Assembly: GCA_963749075.1 (NCBI GenBank)
Contig: CAVVLJ010000004.1
Coordinates: 288,001 to 352,000, forward strand
Source of the DNA: an uncultured Pseudomonadota bacterium
GTDB lineage: Bacteria; Pseudomonadota; Alphaproteobacteria; JACZXZ01
Reading direction: 5' to 3'
Length of the DNA: 64,000 nucleotides
This document shows positions 1 through 12,644 of this stretch, one piece after another. The notes beneath the pieces were generated by a model. It worked only from the letters and a program-made list of their open reading frames with translations. It searched no databases and was not told the DNA's origin. A program made the translations under genes and the position numbers. Position 1 is the first letter of the stretch. Every line of letters starts with the position of its first letter.

Positions 1-656
1 TCGGGCTCGGCCGCCGCGTCGGTCCGGTAGACGATGCCGAAGGGCGCCTCGCTGCGCGCCACCAGGGCGAGCGCCACGCGCACGTTCTCGGCTTGCGCGA
101 TCTTGCCCTCGACGGCACTCCACACGCCGAGCTTCTCGAGCGCCGCCTTGCCGTACTTGCCCGCCGGCACGGCGCTCGTGTCGGCCATGGCGAGCTTGCC
201 GTCGCCGAGAAGGGCCGCGAGCGGGAACCCCGGCTTGATCTCCACCTTGCGGCCCGCAGCCGACTTCGGCGCCACCAGGACGAGCTCGTTGCCGAGGAGG
301 TTCTTGCGGCTCGCGGGTACGATGAGGTTGCGCTTGGCGAGGTAATCCATCCAGTCGAGGTCGGCCGAGATGAAGATGTCGGCGGGGGCGCCGGCCTCGA
401 TCTGCTTGGCCAGCGCCGAGCTCGCGGCATAGGAGATGGCGGTCTCCTTGCCGGTCTCGCGCCGGTACTGCGCGGCAACGTCGTCGAGCGCGTTCTTCAG
501 GCTGGCGGCGGCGAAGACGAGGGTCGGCTTCTCCTGCGCTGCCGCGGGTGTTCCGAGTGTCGCTGCGAGTGCCGCGAGGACGGAAAGCGCCATTGCCGCC
601 AGGACCCAATTCCGCAATGCCGCCAGCGGCCGCCAATTTGCGCGCGGTGCCCGCAT
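1..656 (-). CDS. modA: Molybdate ABC transporter periplasmic binding protein (3' end runs off the window)
   Basis: Manual translation from ATG 656: signal peptide, then VFAAASLKNAL...SYAASSALAKQIEAGAPADIFISAD...VPAGKYGKAAL...AENVRVAL. GAGGAG RBS at about 664-669. Absent from the ORF track because it has no stop in the window. Confidence 0.93.
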   Translation of the reverse strand, partial: MRAPRANWRPLAALRNWVLAAMALSVLAALAATLGTPAAAQEKPTLVFAAASLKNALDDVAAQYRRETGKETAISYAASSALAKQIEAGAPADIFISADLDWMDYLAKRNLIVPASRKNLLGNELVLVAPKSAAGRKVEIKPGFPLAALLGDGKLAMADTSAVPAGKYGKAALEKLGVWSAVEGKIAQAENVRVALALVARSEAPFGIVYRTDAAAEP

Positions 657-679
657 GTCGATCCTCCTCGATCTTGCCA

Positions 680-703
680 CGCTGTATTCGACAAAATATA
701 TCG
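680..703. promoter_or_regulatory. Putative ModE/MopA operator (Mo-box)
   Basis: CGCTGTAT-N8-ATATATCG matches the CGnTATAT-N8-ATATAnCG ModE consensus and lies between divergent modA and an operon containing a molbindin gene. Confidence 0.7.
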
Positions 704-762
704 CCCGCGCCGTAAAGAAAAGCGATACTGTGGTCCTCCGCGGTGGAGACGGGGGCGTGGCG

Positions 763-1842
763 ATGACGGGAAAGGGCAAGCGCCTCGCGGCAGCGCTCGC
801 GGTCGCCGTGCTGGCCGCTGTCCTGGCAGCGCCCGCGCATCCTGCGCGCGCGCAAACGCCCTCGGGTGGCGATCGCGCGGTGACGGACGCCGCCGGGCGG
901 CAGGTGCGGCTGCCTCGGCACATCGCGCGCGTCTTCGCCGCCGGCCTGCCGGCGGCGGTGGCACTCTATGCCGTGGCGCCCGAGAAGCTCGTCGGCTGGC
1001 CGCGCGCGTTGAGCGACGAAGAGAAGCGCCTGCTGCCCGGGCGCTACGCGGGCTTGCCCGTCACAGGGCGGCTGACCGGGCGGAACGGCGAGGGGGCGCT
1101 CGACGCGGTCAAGGCGCAGCACCCGGACCTCATTCTCGACATCGGCACCGTCAACGGCAGGTACGCGGCGCTGGCGGATCGGGTGCAGGAGCGCACGGGC
1201 GTGCCCTATCTCCTCCTCGACGGCAGCCTCGCGGGCAGCGGCGCGCTCTATCGCCGGCTCGGCGATGTCCTCGGCGTGCCGGAGCAGGCGGCCGCTCTTG
1301 CGCGCGACGCCGACGCGACGCTCGCCGAGGCAGCACGGCGGCTCGCGGCGGTGCCGCCGGAGCGGCGGCCGCGCATCTACTACGGCCGCGGCGCCGACGG
1401 CCTGGAGACCGCACCCCAGGGCTCGATCGTCGCCGAGATCCTGGAGGCGGTGGGTGCCGTCAATGTCGCGGGCAATGTCGCCGGCGCCGGCAAGGGCACG
1501 TTCGTCAAAGTGACGGCGGATCAGCTCCGCGGCTGGGACCCGGACGCGATCCTCACGAGCGACACCGCCTTCGGCCGCGCGCTCGGGAGCGACCCGCAGT
1601 GGCAGACTTTGCGCGCCGTGCGCGGCAAGCGCATCTATGTGGCGCCCCGGTTTCCCTTCGCCTGGATCGACGAGCCGCCGGGCGTCAACCGCCTCGTCGG
1701 CGTCAAGTGGCTGCTGGCGCTGCTCTATCCCGACCCGGCGCTGGACGACGTGAAGGAGGCCGCGGCCGATTTCTACGAGCGCGTCTATCATCGGCGGCCA
1801 AGCGCGGAAGAGCTCGCCGGGCTGCTCGCCCCGTCACCCTAG
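763..1842 (+). CDS. Class III (helical-backbone, Fe-siderophore/B12-type) ABC substrate-binding protein, possibly a MolA-like molybdate/tungstate binder
   Basis: Signal peptide; VTDAAGRQV, HPDLIL, GWDPDAIL and PFAWIDEPPGVNRLVG motifs. ATG 763 chosen as start. Confidence 0.8.
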   Translation: MTGKGKRLAAALAVAVLAAVLAAPAHPARAQTPSGGDRAVTDAAGRQVRLPRHIARVFAAGLPAAVALYAVAPEKLVGWPRALSDEEKRLLPGRYAGLPVTGRLTGRNGEGALDAVKAQHPDLILDIGTVNGRYAALADRVQERTGVPYLLLDGSLAGSGALYRRLGDVLGVPEQAAALARDADATLAEAARRLAAVPPERRPRIYYGRGADGLETAPQGSIVAEILEAVGAVNVAGNVAGAGKGTFVKVTADQLRGWDPDAILTSDTAFGRALGSDPQWQTLRAVRGKRIYVAPRFPFAWIDEPPGVNRLVGVKWLLALLYPDPALDDVKEAAADFYERVYHRRPSAEELAGLLAPSP

Positions 1843-1882
1843 GACAGCGCGCCCGCGGCGCGCCGCAAGGAGGCACCAGCTC

Positions 1883-2092
1883 ATGCGGATCAGTGCGCGC
1901 AACGCCCTCAAGGGCAGGATCACCGGCATCAAGCGCGGCGCGGTCATGGCGCAAGTGAGCGTCGACATCGGCGGCGGCAACCGCGTGCTCTCCGCGATCT
2001 TCGTCGATTCGGTCGACGATCTCGGGCTCAAGGAGGGCGACGAGGTGCTGGCCGTCGTCAAATCGACCGACGTGATGATCGCCAAAGCATGA
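1883..2092 (+). CDS. mop: Molbindin / TOBE-domain (Mop) protein
   Basis: MRISARNALKGRI...SVDDLGLKEGDEVLAVVKSTDVMI; AGGAGG RBS. Confidence 0.92.
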   Translation: MRISARNALKGRITGIKRGAVMAQVSVDIGGGNRVLSAIFVDSVDDLGLKEGDEVLAVVKSTDVMIAKA

Positions 2093-2907
2093 GCCGGGCG
2101 CCGGCCGCCGTCTCCTCGACCTACCAGGCGAGCGACGGCGCCGCTTACGAGCGCTTCATGGGCCGCTGGACGGCCCGCCTCGGCGAGCCCTTCGCCGAGT
2201 TTGCCCGGTTGCCCGACGGCGACCGGCTCGACGTGGGTTGCGGCACCGGCAGCCTCGCGGCCGTGCTCGCGCGGACGATGCTGCGCGGGCAAGTCGTCGG
2301 CATCGACCTCTCGGCACCCTACGTCGCCTATGCGCGTGCGCACAACACGGCCGAGCGCCTCAGCTTCGAGACGGCCGACGCCTGCTCCTTGCGCTTCGCC
2401 GAGGGCTGCTTCGCCGCAGCGCTCGCCCAGCTCGTGCTGAATTTCGTGCCCGATGCCGAGGCGGCCGCCGCCGAGATGCGGCGGGTGACGCGGCCGGGAG
2501 GTGTGGTGGCCGCCGCCGTCTGGGACTTCCGCGGCGGCCTCGTCTACCAGCGCCTCTTCTGGGATACGGCCGCCGGCCTCGACCCCACGGCCGGCGCCGC
2601 GCGCGACCGGCTCTTCTCGCATGCCCTGGCGCTGCCGGACGGTCTGCCTCAGCTGTGGCGCCGCATCGGCCTCGCCGGCATCGAGCGGGCCTCGCTCACG
2701 GTCCGCATGGACTACGCGAGCTTCGCCGATTATTGGCAGCCGCTCCTCGGCGGCCAGGGACCGCTCGGGAGCTACGTGCAAGGGCTGCCGCCGGACATGC
2801 GCAAGACGCTCGAGGCGCGCGTCAAGGCCGCCTATCTCTCGGGTGCCCCCGACGGCCCGCGCTCGCTCGCGGCCAGCGCCTGGGCCGTGCGCGGCGTCGT
2901 GGTGTAG
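2089..2907 (+). CDS. Class I SAM-dependent methyltransferase
   Basis: LDVGCGTG motif I, GIDLS, RRVTRPGG; ATGA overlap with mop. Confidence 0.88.
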   Translation: MSRAPAAVSSTYQASDGAAYERFMGRWTARLGEPFAEFARLPDGDRLDVGCGTGSLAAVLARTMLRGQVVGIDLSAPYVAYARAHNTAERLSFETADACSLRFAEGCFAAALAQLVLNFVPDAEAAAAEMRRVTRPGGVVAAAVWDFRGGLVYQRLFWDTAAGLDPTAGAARDRLFSHALALPDGLPQLWRRIGLAGIERASLTVRMDYASFADYWQPLLGGQGPLGSYVQGLPPDMRKTLEARVKAAYLSGAPDGPRSLAASAWAVRGVVV

Positions 2908-2938
2908 CGCCGATCCGCCGCCGCGGCGCTGCTCCGCT

Positions 2939-3361
2939 CTATTTGCCGAACATCTTCTGCAGGTTCTTGAACCCGGCCTCGTAGATGCCGCGGATCGCCT
3001 TGACCGCCTCGCTCTCCGGAGCGCCAGTGGCCGTGAACTCGCTCGACCACTCGACGCTGCAGCTCGCCGCATCCTTGCCCGGGCGCACCTTGATCCGGGA
3101 GCGGTAGGCGCTCACCGGCAGCGGGCTCTCGACGATGGAGTAGCTGTAGCTGTGCCCCTTGTCGTCGCTGCTCTCGAGCCGCTCGAGGATGGTCCCTCCG
3201 CCGCGCAGCGAGAGCTTGCGCACGGTGGCGCCGCCCTCCTTCAGCTCCTCGCTCTTCTCGACCGCGGGATGCCATCGCGCGAGCGCATTGAAGTTGCCGA
3301 TCACGGCCCACACCGCATCCGCCGGGACCGGAAGCTCGGTCGTCATGTTGACTTTCGCCAT
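2939..3361 (-). CDS. SRPBCC / polyketide cyclase-like (MxaD-like) protein
   Basis: VPADAVWAVIGNFNALARWHP...ERL...YSYSI...VEWSSEF pattern. Confidence 0.85.
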   Translation of the reverse strand: MAKVNMTTELPVPADAVWAVIGNFNALARWHPAVEKSEELKEGGATVRKLSLRGGGTILERLESSDDKGHSYSYSIVESPLPVSAYRSRIKVRPGKDAASCSVEWSSEFTATGAPESEAVKAIRGIYEAGFKNLQKMFGK

Positions 3362-3391
3362 TCTCTTCTCCCTTGCCGAGTGCTTTCGCGC

Positions 3392-5566
<2,175 letters not shown>

Positions 5567-5642
5567 GGCCCCATTATATGGGATGGCGCGGCGCCTAAGC
5601 GAGGGGCTGTGCCGGGGCGGCGGCTCTGCCATAATCGCGGGC

Positions 5643-6671
5643 GTGAGTGCCGATGACGCCATGGTGATCGAGACGGTCGAGATGCATACGGGCGGCGAGC
5701 CCGTGCGCATCGTGGCCGCCGGCTACCCGCCGGTCGAGGGCTCGACCATCCTCGAGAAGCGCCGCTACGCGCGCGAGCGGCTCGACGAGCTCAGGCGCAT
5801 GCTGATGTTCGAGCCGCGCGGACACGCCGACATGTACGGCGTCATCCCGGTCGAGCCCGACTTGCCCGAGGCCGACATGGCCGTGCTCTTCATGCACAAC
5901 GAGGGCTACTCGACCATGTGCGGCCACGCGGTGATCGCCCTCGGGCGCTACGCCGTCGACCGCGGCATCGTGACGGCGGCGGTGCCCGAGACCGAAGTCA
6001 GGATCCAGTGCCCCTGCGGCCTGGTGCGCGCCAGGGTCGAGGTCGAGGAGGGGCCCGCCGGGCCGCTCAGCGGCGCCGTCGCCTTCGAGAGCGTGCCGGC
6101 CTTCGCCTACGCCCTCGATGCCGAGGTCGAGGTGCCCGGCCACGGCCGTCTCAGGCTCGACATCGGTTACGGCGGCGCCTTCTACGCGGTGGTGCCGGCG
6201 GAGCGCCTCGGCCTCGATGTAAAGCGCTCGCCGGTCGCCGCCCTGGTCGAGGCGGCCGACCGGGTGACCCTTGCCGCCAAGGCGCAGATACCCATCGAGC
6301 ACCCGGGCGATGCGGACCTCGCCTTCCTCTACGGCACCATCCTCAGCGACGGGCGCGACGCCCTCGAGGAGGCCGCCACGGCGAACGTCTGCGTCTTCGC
6401 GGCGCGCGAGGTCGACCGCAGCCCGACGGGGAGCGGCGTGATCGCGCGCATCGCCTTGCAGGCCGCGCGCGGGCTGATCGAGCTCGGCGAGCGCCGCCGC
6501 TTCGAGAGCCTGACCGGCGCCATCTTCACCGGCAGGCCGCTCACGCGCACGCGTGCCGGGCGCTTCGAGGCGGTCACCGTCGAGGTCGCCGGCCGCGCCC
6601 ACTACACCGGCTCCGCCCGCTTCACCCGCGAGCCCGACGATCTCCTGGGCGGCGGCTTCCTGCTGCGCTAG
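5643..6671 (+). CDS. Proline racemase superfamily protein, likely trans-3-hydroxy-L-proline dehydratase
   Basis: HTGGEP, EPRGH, MCGH and DRSPTGSG (a Cys/Thr catalytic pair). Start is GTG 5643 or ATG 5661. Confidence 0.85.
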   Translation: MSADDAMVIETVEMHTGGEPVRIVAAGYPPVEGSTILEKRRYARERLDELRRMLMFEPRGHADMYGVIPVEPDLPEADMAVLFMHNEGYSTMCGHAVIALGRYAVDRGIVTAAVPETEVRIQCPCGLVRARVEVEEGPAGPLSGAVAFESVPAFAYALDAEVEVPGHGRLRLDIGYGGAFYAVVPAERLGLDVKRSPVAALVEAADRVTLAAKAQIPIEHPGDADLAFLYGTILSDGRDALEEAATANVCVFAAREVDRSPTGSGVIARIALQAARGLIELGERRRFESLTGAIFTGRPLTRTRAGRFEAVTVEVAGRAHYTGSARFTREPDDLLGGGFLLR

Positions 6672-6710
6672 CGGCCCGTTTCCAACGGGCGACTCGCATG
6701 TCCAACGAAC

Positions 6711-6757
6711 GTCATGGCCGTCCCCCGGGTCGAAGAGCCCCGGGGCGCGCATGACGG
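6711..6757. repeat. REP-like GC-rich hairpin (GTCATG...CATGAC type)
   Basis: GTCATG..CCCCGGG..CCCGGGG..CATGAC inverted arms between convergent genes. Confidence 0.55.
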
Positions 6758-6825
6758 CATAGATTGGCGACCAAATGTCAGAATCGCTGCTCGAGCGGCG
6801 GCAGACTGGCGGCCGCGCCGGACCC

Positions 6826-7077
6826 CTAATGGCCGGGTTCGGCATTGGCCTCCCACTCAACGTCGAGCGGCGCGATGATGTTGCCCTTTATGGTCACGCT
6901 GCCGGCCATCCAGCCGAACAAATCTACCGGCCGCTCGTCGGCCGGCACCAGTTTGGCAACTGGCTTGCCTCGCTTGGTGATGAGGATTGGCGTGCGGCGG
7001 CGTGCCACCTCGTCCATGAGGCGTAGGCAATCCGCCTTGAAGCGGGCGGCCGGGACTCGGCGGATGTGCTTGTCCAT
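6826..7077 (-). CDS. Phd/YefM family antitoxin with no adjacent toxin
   Basis: VPAARFKADCLRLMDEV...ILITKRGKPVAKLVP; AGGAG RBS upstream. Confidence 0.88.
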   Translation of the reverse strand: MDKHIRRVPAARFKADCLRLMDEVARRRTPILITKRGKPVAKLVPADERPVDLFGWMAGSVTIKGNIIAPLDVEWEANAEPGH

Positions 7078-7181
7078 AAGCAATCTCCTTGGTCCCTCTA
7101 ATGTCGCCATATAACACGCCCACGGCGTTGCAGCATGGAGACGCTTGGGGAGCCGGCGCCGAGTTCGCGCCCAGCGTCAAG

Positions 7182-7210
7182 GACGGCATCAAAAGACGGC
7201 ATCAAAAGAC
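7182..7210 (+). repeat. Short tandem duplication (GACGGCATCAAAA x2 plus GAC)
   Basis: Read directly from the sequence, in the intergenic region. Confidence 0.8.
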
Positions 7211-7323
7211 TTGGCTCGATCGGGGCGCGCGTTCATATTGCAGAGAGCGCAATCGGCCGCGGCATTCGGCCGGCCGATGCCGCCCATCGCGGTTCCGGCG
7301 GAGCGCGCCAGGGAGCAGCTCGC

Positions 7324-8230
7324 ATGTTCGTTCCCGACGAAGTGAGGAAGAGCGTCGTCCTGATCGGGGCGATGGAGCGCGGCACCTTCAGGCCGCGCGG
7401 CACCGGCTTTCTGGTGCTGGCCTACCAGCGGCGCATCCCCGACGTGGCCTTCCCCTATCTCGTCACCGCCGAGCACGTCTTGGCCGGCATGCAGCGCAAC
7501 AGGATCGACGTCTATTGCCGCCTCAATCTCAGGGACGGCACCGCCATCGTCGAGCCGCTCGGCAGCAAGAAGTGGCTCGTGCACCCCGACGACGTGCAGA
7601 ATACCGATGTCGCGGTGCTGCCGTTCTGGATCAATCCCAACATCATCGATCACGATTACATCCCCCTCTTCAACCGCGTGGAGAGGAACATCCAGGCGAT
7701 CCGGCCGGGTCTCTTGGCGCTCGGCGCCGAGATCTTCGCCATCGGCCTCTTCAACACCTCCTACGGCAAGGGCCGCGACATCCCCATCATCCGCAACGGC
7801 AACATCGCGGCGGTGCCCAACGAGCTGATCGGCACCCGCTATTCCGGCGATATCGAGGCCTATCTCGTCGAGCTGCACTCGCTCGGCGGGCTCAGCGGCT
7901 CGCCCGTCTTCGTCAATCCGGTCTACGAGCGCGGCGCCCGGCGGGTCGAGGAGGCCACGTGGAGCGAGCATTTCTTCATCGGCATGGTGCATGGCCATTC
8001 CTACGCCTCGCCGGAGGAGGGGCTCGCCGAGCCGGAGCCGCTCGACGGTGAGGCCGCCAACGCGAGCATCGGCATCGTCATCCCCGCGGCGAAGATCGTC
8101 GAGACCCTCTACCAGCCCGAACTCGCTGGCGCAGATGCGCGCGCGCGCCGCCCAGCGCCGCCACCGCGATGCGGCAAGCCGCGACCTCGGCGTCGTCCCC
8201 CTGCCGCGCCGCCGCCATCCCTACGTCTGA
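7324..8230 (+). CDS. Trypsin-like serine protease with no signal peptide; probable +1 frameshift near 8125
   Basis: GTGFLV, LVTAEHV (His), DVAVL (Asp), GLSGSPVF (Ser). After LYQPEL the frame turns Pro/Arg-rich and overlaps the next gene. Removing one base gives ...ELLAQMRARAAQRR...HPYV* ending at 8230. Confidence 0.72.
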
Positions 8231-9514
<1,284 letters not shown>

Positions 9515-9529
9515 GCGCGTACACCGGCC

Positions 9530-10450
9530 ATGCGCATCGCGGTCATGGCGGCAGGCGGGGTGGGCGGCTATTTCGGGGCGCGCCTCGCGGCGGCGGGGGA
9601 GGAGGTGCATTTCCTCGCCCGCGGCGCCCATCTCGCGGCCTTGCGCGAGCATGGCCTGATCCTCGAGAGCGCCAACGGCAACCTCAAGCTCCAACCGGTC
9701 GATGCCACCGACGACGCGCGCGCGATCGGCCCGGTCGACACGGTGCTCTTTGCCGTCAAGCTGTGGGACACGGAGGCCGCCGGCGAGGCCGCGAAGCCCC
9801 TCATCGGCCGCGACACGGCGGTCGTGACGTTGCAGAACGGCGTCGACAGCAGCGCCCGCCTCGCCGCCATCCTGGGTGCCGCTCACGTCATGGGCGGTGC
9901 CGCCTATATCGCCACCACCATCGCGGCACCCGGCGTCATCAGGCAGACCGGCACCATGGCGCGGATCGTCTTCGGCGAGCTCGACGGCAAGAAGACCGCA
10001 CGCGGCGAGGCGCTCCTCGCCGCCTGCCGCAAGGCCGGCATCGACGCCGTGCTCTCCGACAACATCGTGCGGGACATCTGGGCGAAGTTTGCCCTGCTCG
10101 CCTCCTTCAGCGGCGTCACCGGCGTGACGCGCAAGCCCATGGGCGCCATCCGCGGCGAGCCCGCGACGCGCGAGCTCCTGCTCGGCGCGATCCGGGAAGT
10201 GGTGTCGCTCGCCACGGCCAAGGGGGTGGATCTCGGCGCCGATTTCATGGCGCGGCAGAGTGCCGCCATAGCCGCCATGCCGGCCGAGATGAAAGCCTCC
10301 ATGCTGGTCGACCTCGAGCGCGGCAACAGGCTCGAGCTCGAGTGGCTCTCGGGCGCTGTGGCGCGGCTCGGCCAAGAGGCGGGCGTTCCGACCCCGATCC
10401 ATCATTTCATCGTGGCGGCCTTGAAGCTCCATGCTGCGGGGGCGAAATAG
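9530..10450 (+). CDS. panE: 2-dehydropantoate 2-reductase (PanE/ApbA family)
   Basis: AAGGVGG Rossmann motif, LQNG, IWAKF, SMLVDL...ELE. Confidence 0.88.
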   Translation: MRIAVMAAGGVGGYFGARLAAAGEEVHFLARGAHLAALREHGLILESANGNLKLQPVDATDDARAIGPVDTVLFAVKLWDTEAAGEAAKPLIGRDTAVVTLQNGVDSSARLAAILGAAHVMGGAAYIATTIAAPGVIRQTGTMARIVFGELDGKKTARGEALLAACRKAGIDAVLSDNIVRDIWAKFALLASFSGVTGVTRKPMGAIRGEPATRELLLGAIREVVSLATAKGVDLGADFMARQSAAIAAMPAEMKASMLVDLERGNRLELEWLSGAVARLGQEAGVPTPIHHFIVAALKLHAAGAK

Positions 10451-10613
10451 CGCCACCCGGGCACCCCCGCGATTCCCCTTGCATCGGGGCGGCCCTGTTG
10501 AAAACATAAGTGTCGCGAACGCCGCCGGCCGGCGGGTGAGGCGCGCCCATGGGCTCGTACCGCCGGCCGCAAGACGGCGGAGCCAGGGCTTGATCATTCA
10601 GGGAGTGGCACCC

Positions 10614-12644
10614 GTGAGCCAGAACGCGCCCCGCTCAGCCGCACTCGTCGGGCCTTACACGAGCGGCAAGACCACGCTGCTCGAGAGCCTGCTCTTCGTC
10701 ACCGGCGCCATTCACCGCAAGGGCTCGGTCAAGGACGGCAGCTCCGTGGGCGACAGCGCGCCCGAGGCGCGCGCGCACCAGATGTCGAGCGAGGTCAACG
10801 TGGCATCCACGAGCTTTCTCCGCGACAAATGGAGCTTCCTCGACTGCCCCGGCTCGATCGAGTTCTTCCAGGAGACCCAGAACGCCCTCCTCATAGCCGA
10901 CATGGCGGTGATCGTCGCCGAGGCGGTGGTCGAGCGCGCGATGGCGCTGGCACCTCTCTTCAAGTTCCTCGACGACCACAGCATTCCGCACATGGTGTTC
11001 ATCAACAAGATGGACACCGCGGCGGTGCGCGTGCGCGAGGTGCTGGCGGCCCTCCAGGCGGTCTCGGCGCGTCCGCTCGTGCTGCGCCAGGTGCCGATCC
11101 GCGACGGCGGCGAGGCGATCAGCGGCTACGTCGACCTGGTGAGCGAGCGCGCCTACAAGTACAAGCCCGGCGGCGCTTCGGACCTGGTGGCGCTGCCCGA
11201 GACGGAGGCGGAGCGCGAGAAGCAGAGCCGCCAGGAGCTTCTCGAGACGCTCGCCGACTTCGACGACAAGCTCTTGGAGCAGCTCCTCGAGGACACGGTG
11301 CCCGACAAGGCCAACGTCTACCGGCACCTCACGCGCAGCGTGCAGGAGGACAAGCTGGTGCCGGTCTTCCTGGGTGCTGCCGAGCGCGAGTACGGCGTGC
11401 GCCGCTTGCTCAAGGCGCTGCGCCACGAGACGCCGCAGCCCCAAGCGACGGCGGAGCGCCACGGTATTGCGCCCGCGGGCGAGCCCTGCGCGCGCATCTT
11501 CAAGACTTTCAACATGCCCCACTCGGGCAAGCTCTCGCTCGTGCGCGTGTGGCGCGGCGAGTTCTCCGACGGCGAGCAGCTCCACGGCGAGCGCGTGAGC
11601 GGCCTCTACACCATGCTCGGCCATCAGACGCTCAAGCAGCAGAAGGCGGGCATCGGCGAGGTCGTCGCCTTCGGCCGCATGGAGAAGGCGCACACGGGCG
11701 AGCTCCTGACCCCCTCGGGCAAGGAGGTTGCCGGCGCCGAGCCCTGGCTGCCGCCCATCCGGCCGCTCTTCTCGGCAGCCCTCCAGGCCGAGAACCGCCA
11801 GGACGAGGTCAAGCTCACCGCCGCCATCCAGAAGCTCGCCGAGGAGGACCCCTCGCTCTCCTTCGAGCAGCGCGCCGACACCCACGAGCTGCTGCTCTGG
11901 GGCCAGGGCGAGATGCACCTCAACATCGCGATCGACCGCCTCAAGGACCGCAACAAGCTGCAGCTCAAGGCGCGTCCGCCTCAGATCCCCTACAAGGAGA
12001 CCATCCGCAAGCCGGTCACCCAGCACGCGCGCCACAAGAAGCAGTCGGGCGGCCACGGCCAGTTCGGCGACGTGAAGGTCGAGATCAAGCCGCTCTCGCG
12101 CGGCGCTGGCTTCGAGTTCGTCAACAAGATCGTGGGCGGCACGGTGCCGCGCCAGTTCATCCCCTCGGTCGAGCACGGCGTACGCGATTTCCTGCCGCGC
12201 GGGCCGCTCGGCTTCGAGGTGGTCGATCTCTCCGTCACCCTCTTCGACGGCCAGTTCCACTCGGTCGACAGCTCGGACATGGCGTTCCGCACCGCGGCGC
12301 GCATGGCGATGAGCGAGGGGCTGCCGAAGTGCGATCCGGTGCTGCTCGAGCCCATCCTCGAGGTCAAGATCTCGGCGCCCAACGACTTCACCGCCAACGT
12401 GCAGCGCCTCATCACCGGCCGGCGCGGCCAGATCCTCGGCTTCAGCGCCAAGGAAGGCTGGAAGGGCTGGGACGAGACGGTGGCCAACATCCCGCAGTCG
12501 GAAATCCGCGACATGATCATCGAGCTGCGCTCGCTCACCTACGGCGTCGGCACCTTCGAGTGGCGCTTCCACCATCTCCAGGAGCTGAGCGGGCGCGAGG
12601 CGGACCACGTGATCCAGGAGCGCCAGGCCGCGGCGCAGGCGTGA
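10614..12644 (+). CDS. Elongation factor G paralog (EF-G II type)
   Basis: GPYTSGKTT, DCPG, NKMD, EEDPSL, GQGEMHL, HKKQSGGHGQF, HSVDSSDMAF, LLEPI. Confidence 0.93.
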   Translation: MSQNAPRSAALVGPYTSGKTTLLESLLFVTGAIHRKGSVKDGSSVGDSAPEARAHQMSSEVNVASTSFLRDKWSFLDCPGSIEFFQETQNALLIADMAVIVAEAVVERAMALAPLFKFLDDHSIPHMVFINKMDTAAVRVREVLAALQAVSARPLVLRQVPIRDGGEAISGYVDLVSERAYKYKPGGASDLVALPETEAEREKQSRQELLETLADFDDKLLEQLLEDTVPDKANVYRHLTRSVQEDKLVPVFLGAAEREYGVRRLLKALRHETPQPQATAERHGIAPAGEPCARIFKTFNMPHSGKLSLVRVWRGEFSDGEQLHGERVSGLYTMLGHQTLKQQKAGIGEVVAFGRMEKAHTGELLTPSGKEVAGAEPWLPPIRPLFSAALQAENRQDEVKLTAAIQKLAEEDPSLSFEQRADTHELLLWGQGEMHLNIAIDRLKDRNKLQLKARPPQIPYKETIRKPVTQHARHKKQSGGHGQFGDVKVEIKPLSRGAGFEFVNKIVGGTVPRQFIPSVEHGVRDFLPRGPLGFEVVDLSVTLFDGQFHSVDSSDMAFRTAARMAMSEGLPKCDPVLLEPILEVKISAPNDFTANVQRLITGRRGQILGFSAKEGWKGWDETVANIPQSEIRDMIIELRSLTYGVGTFEWRFHHLQELSGREADHVIQERQAAAQA

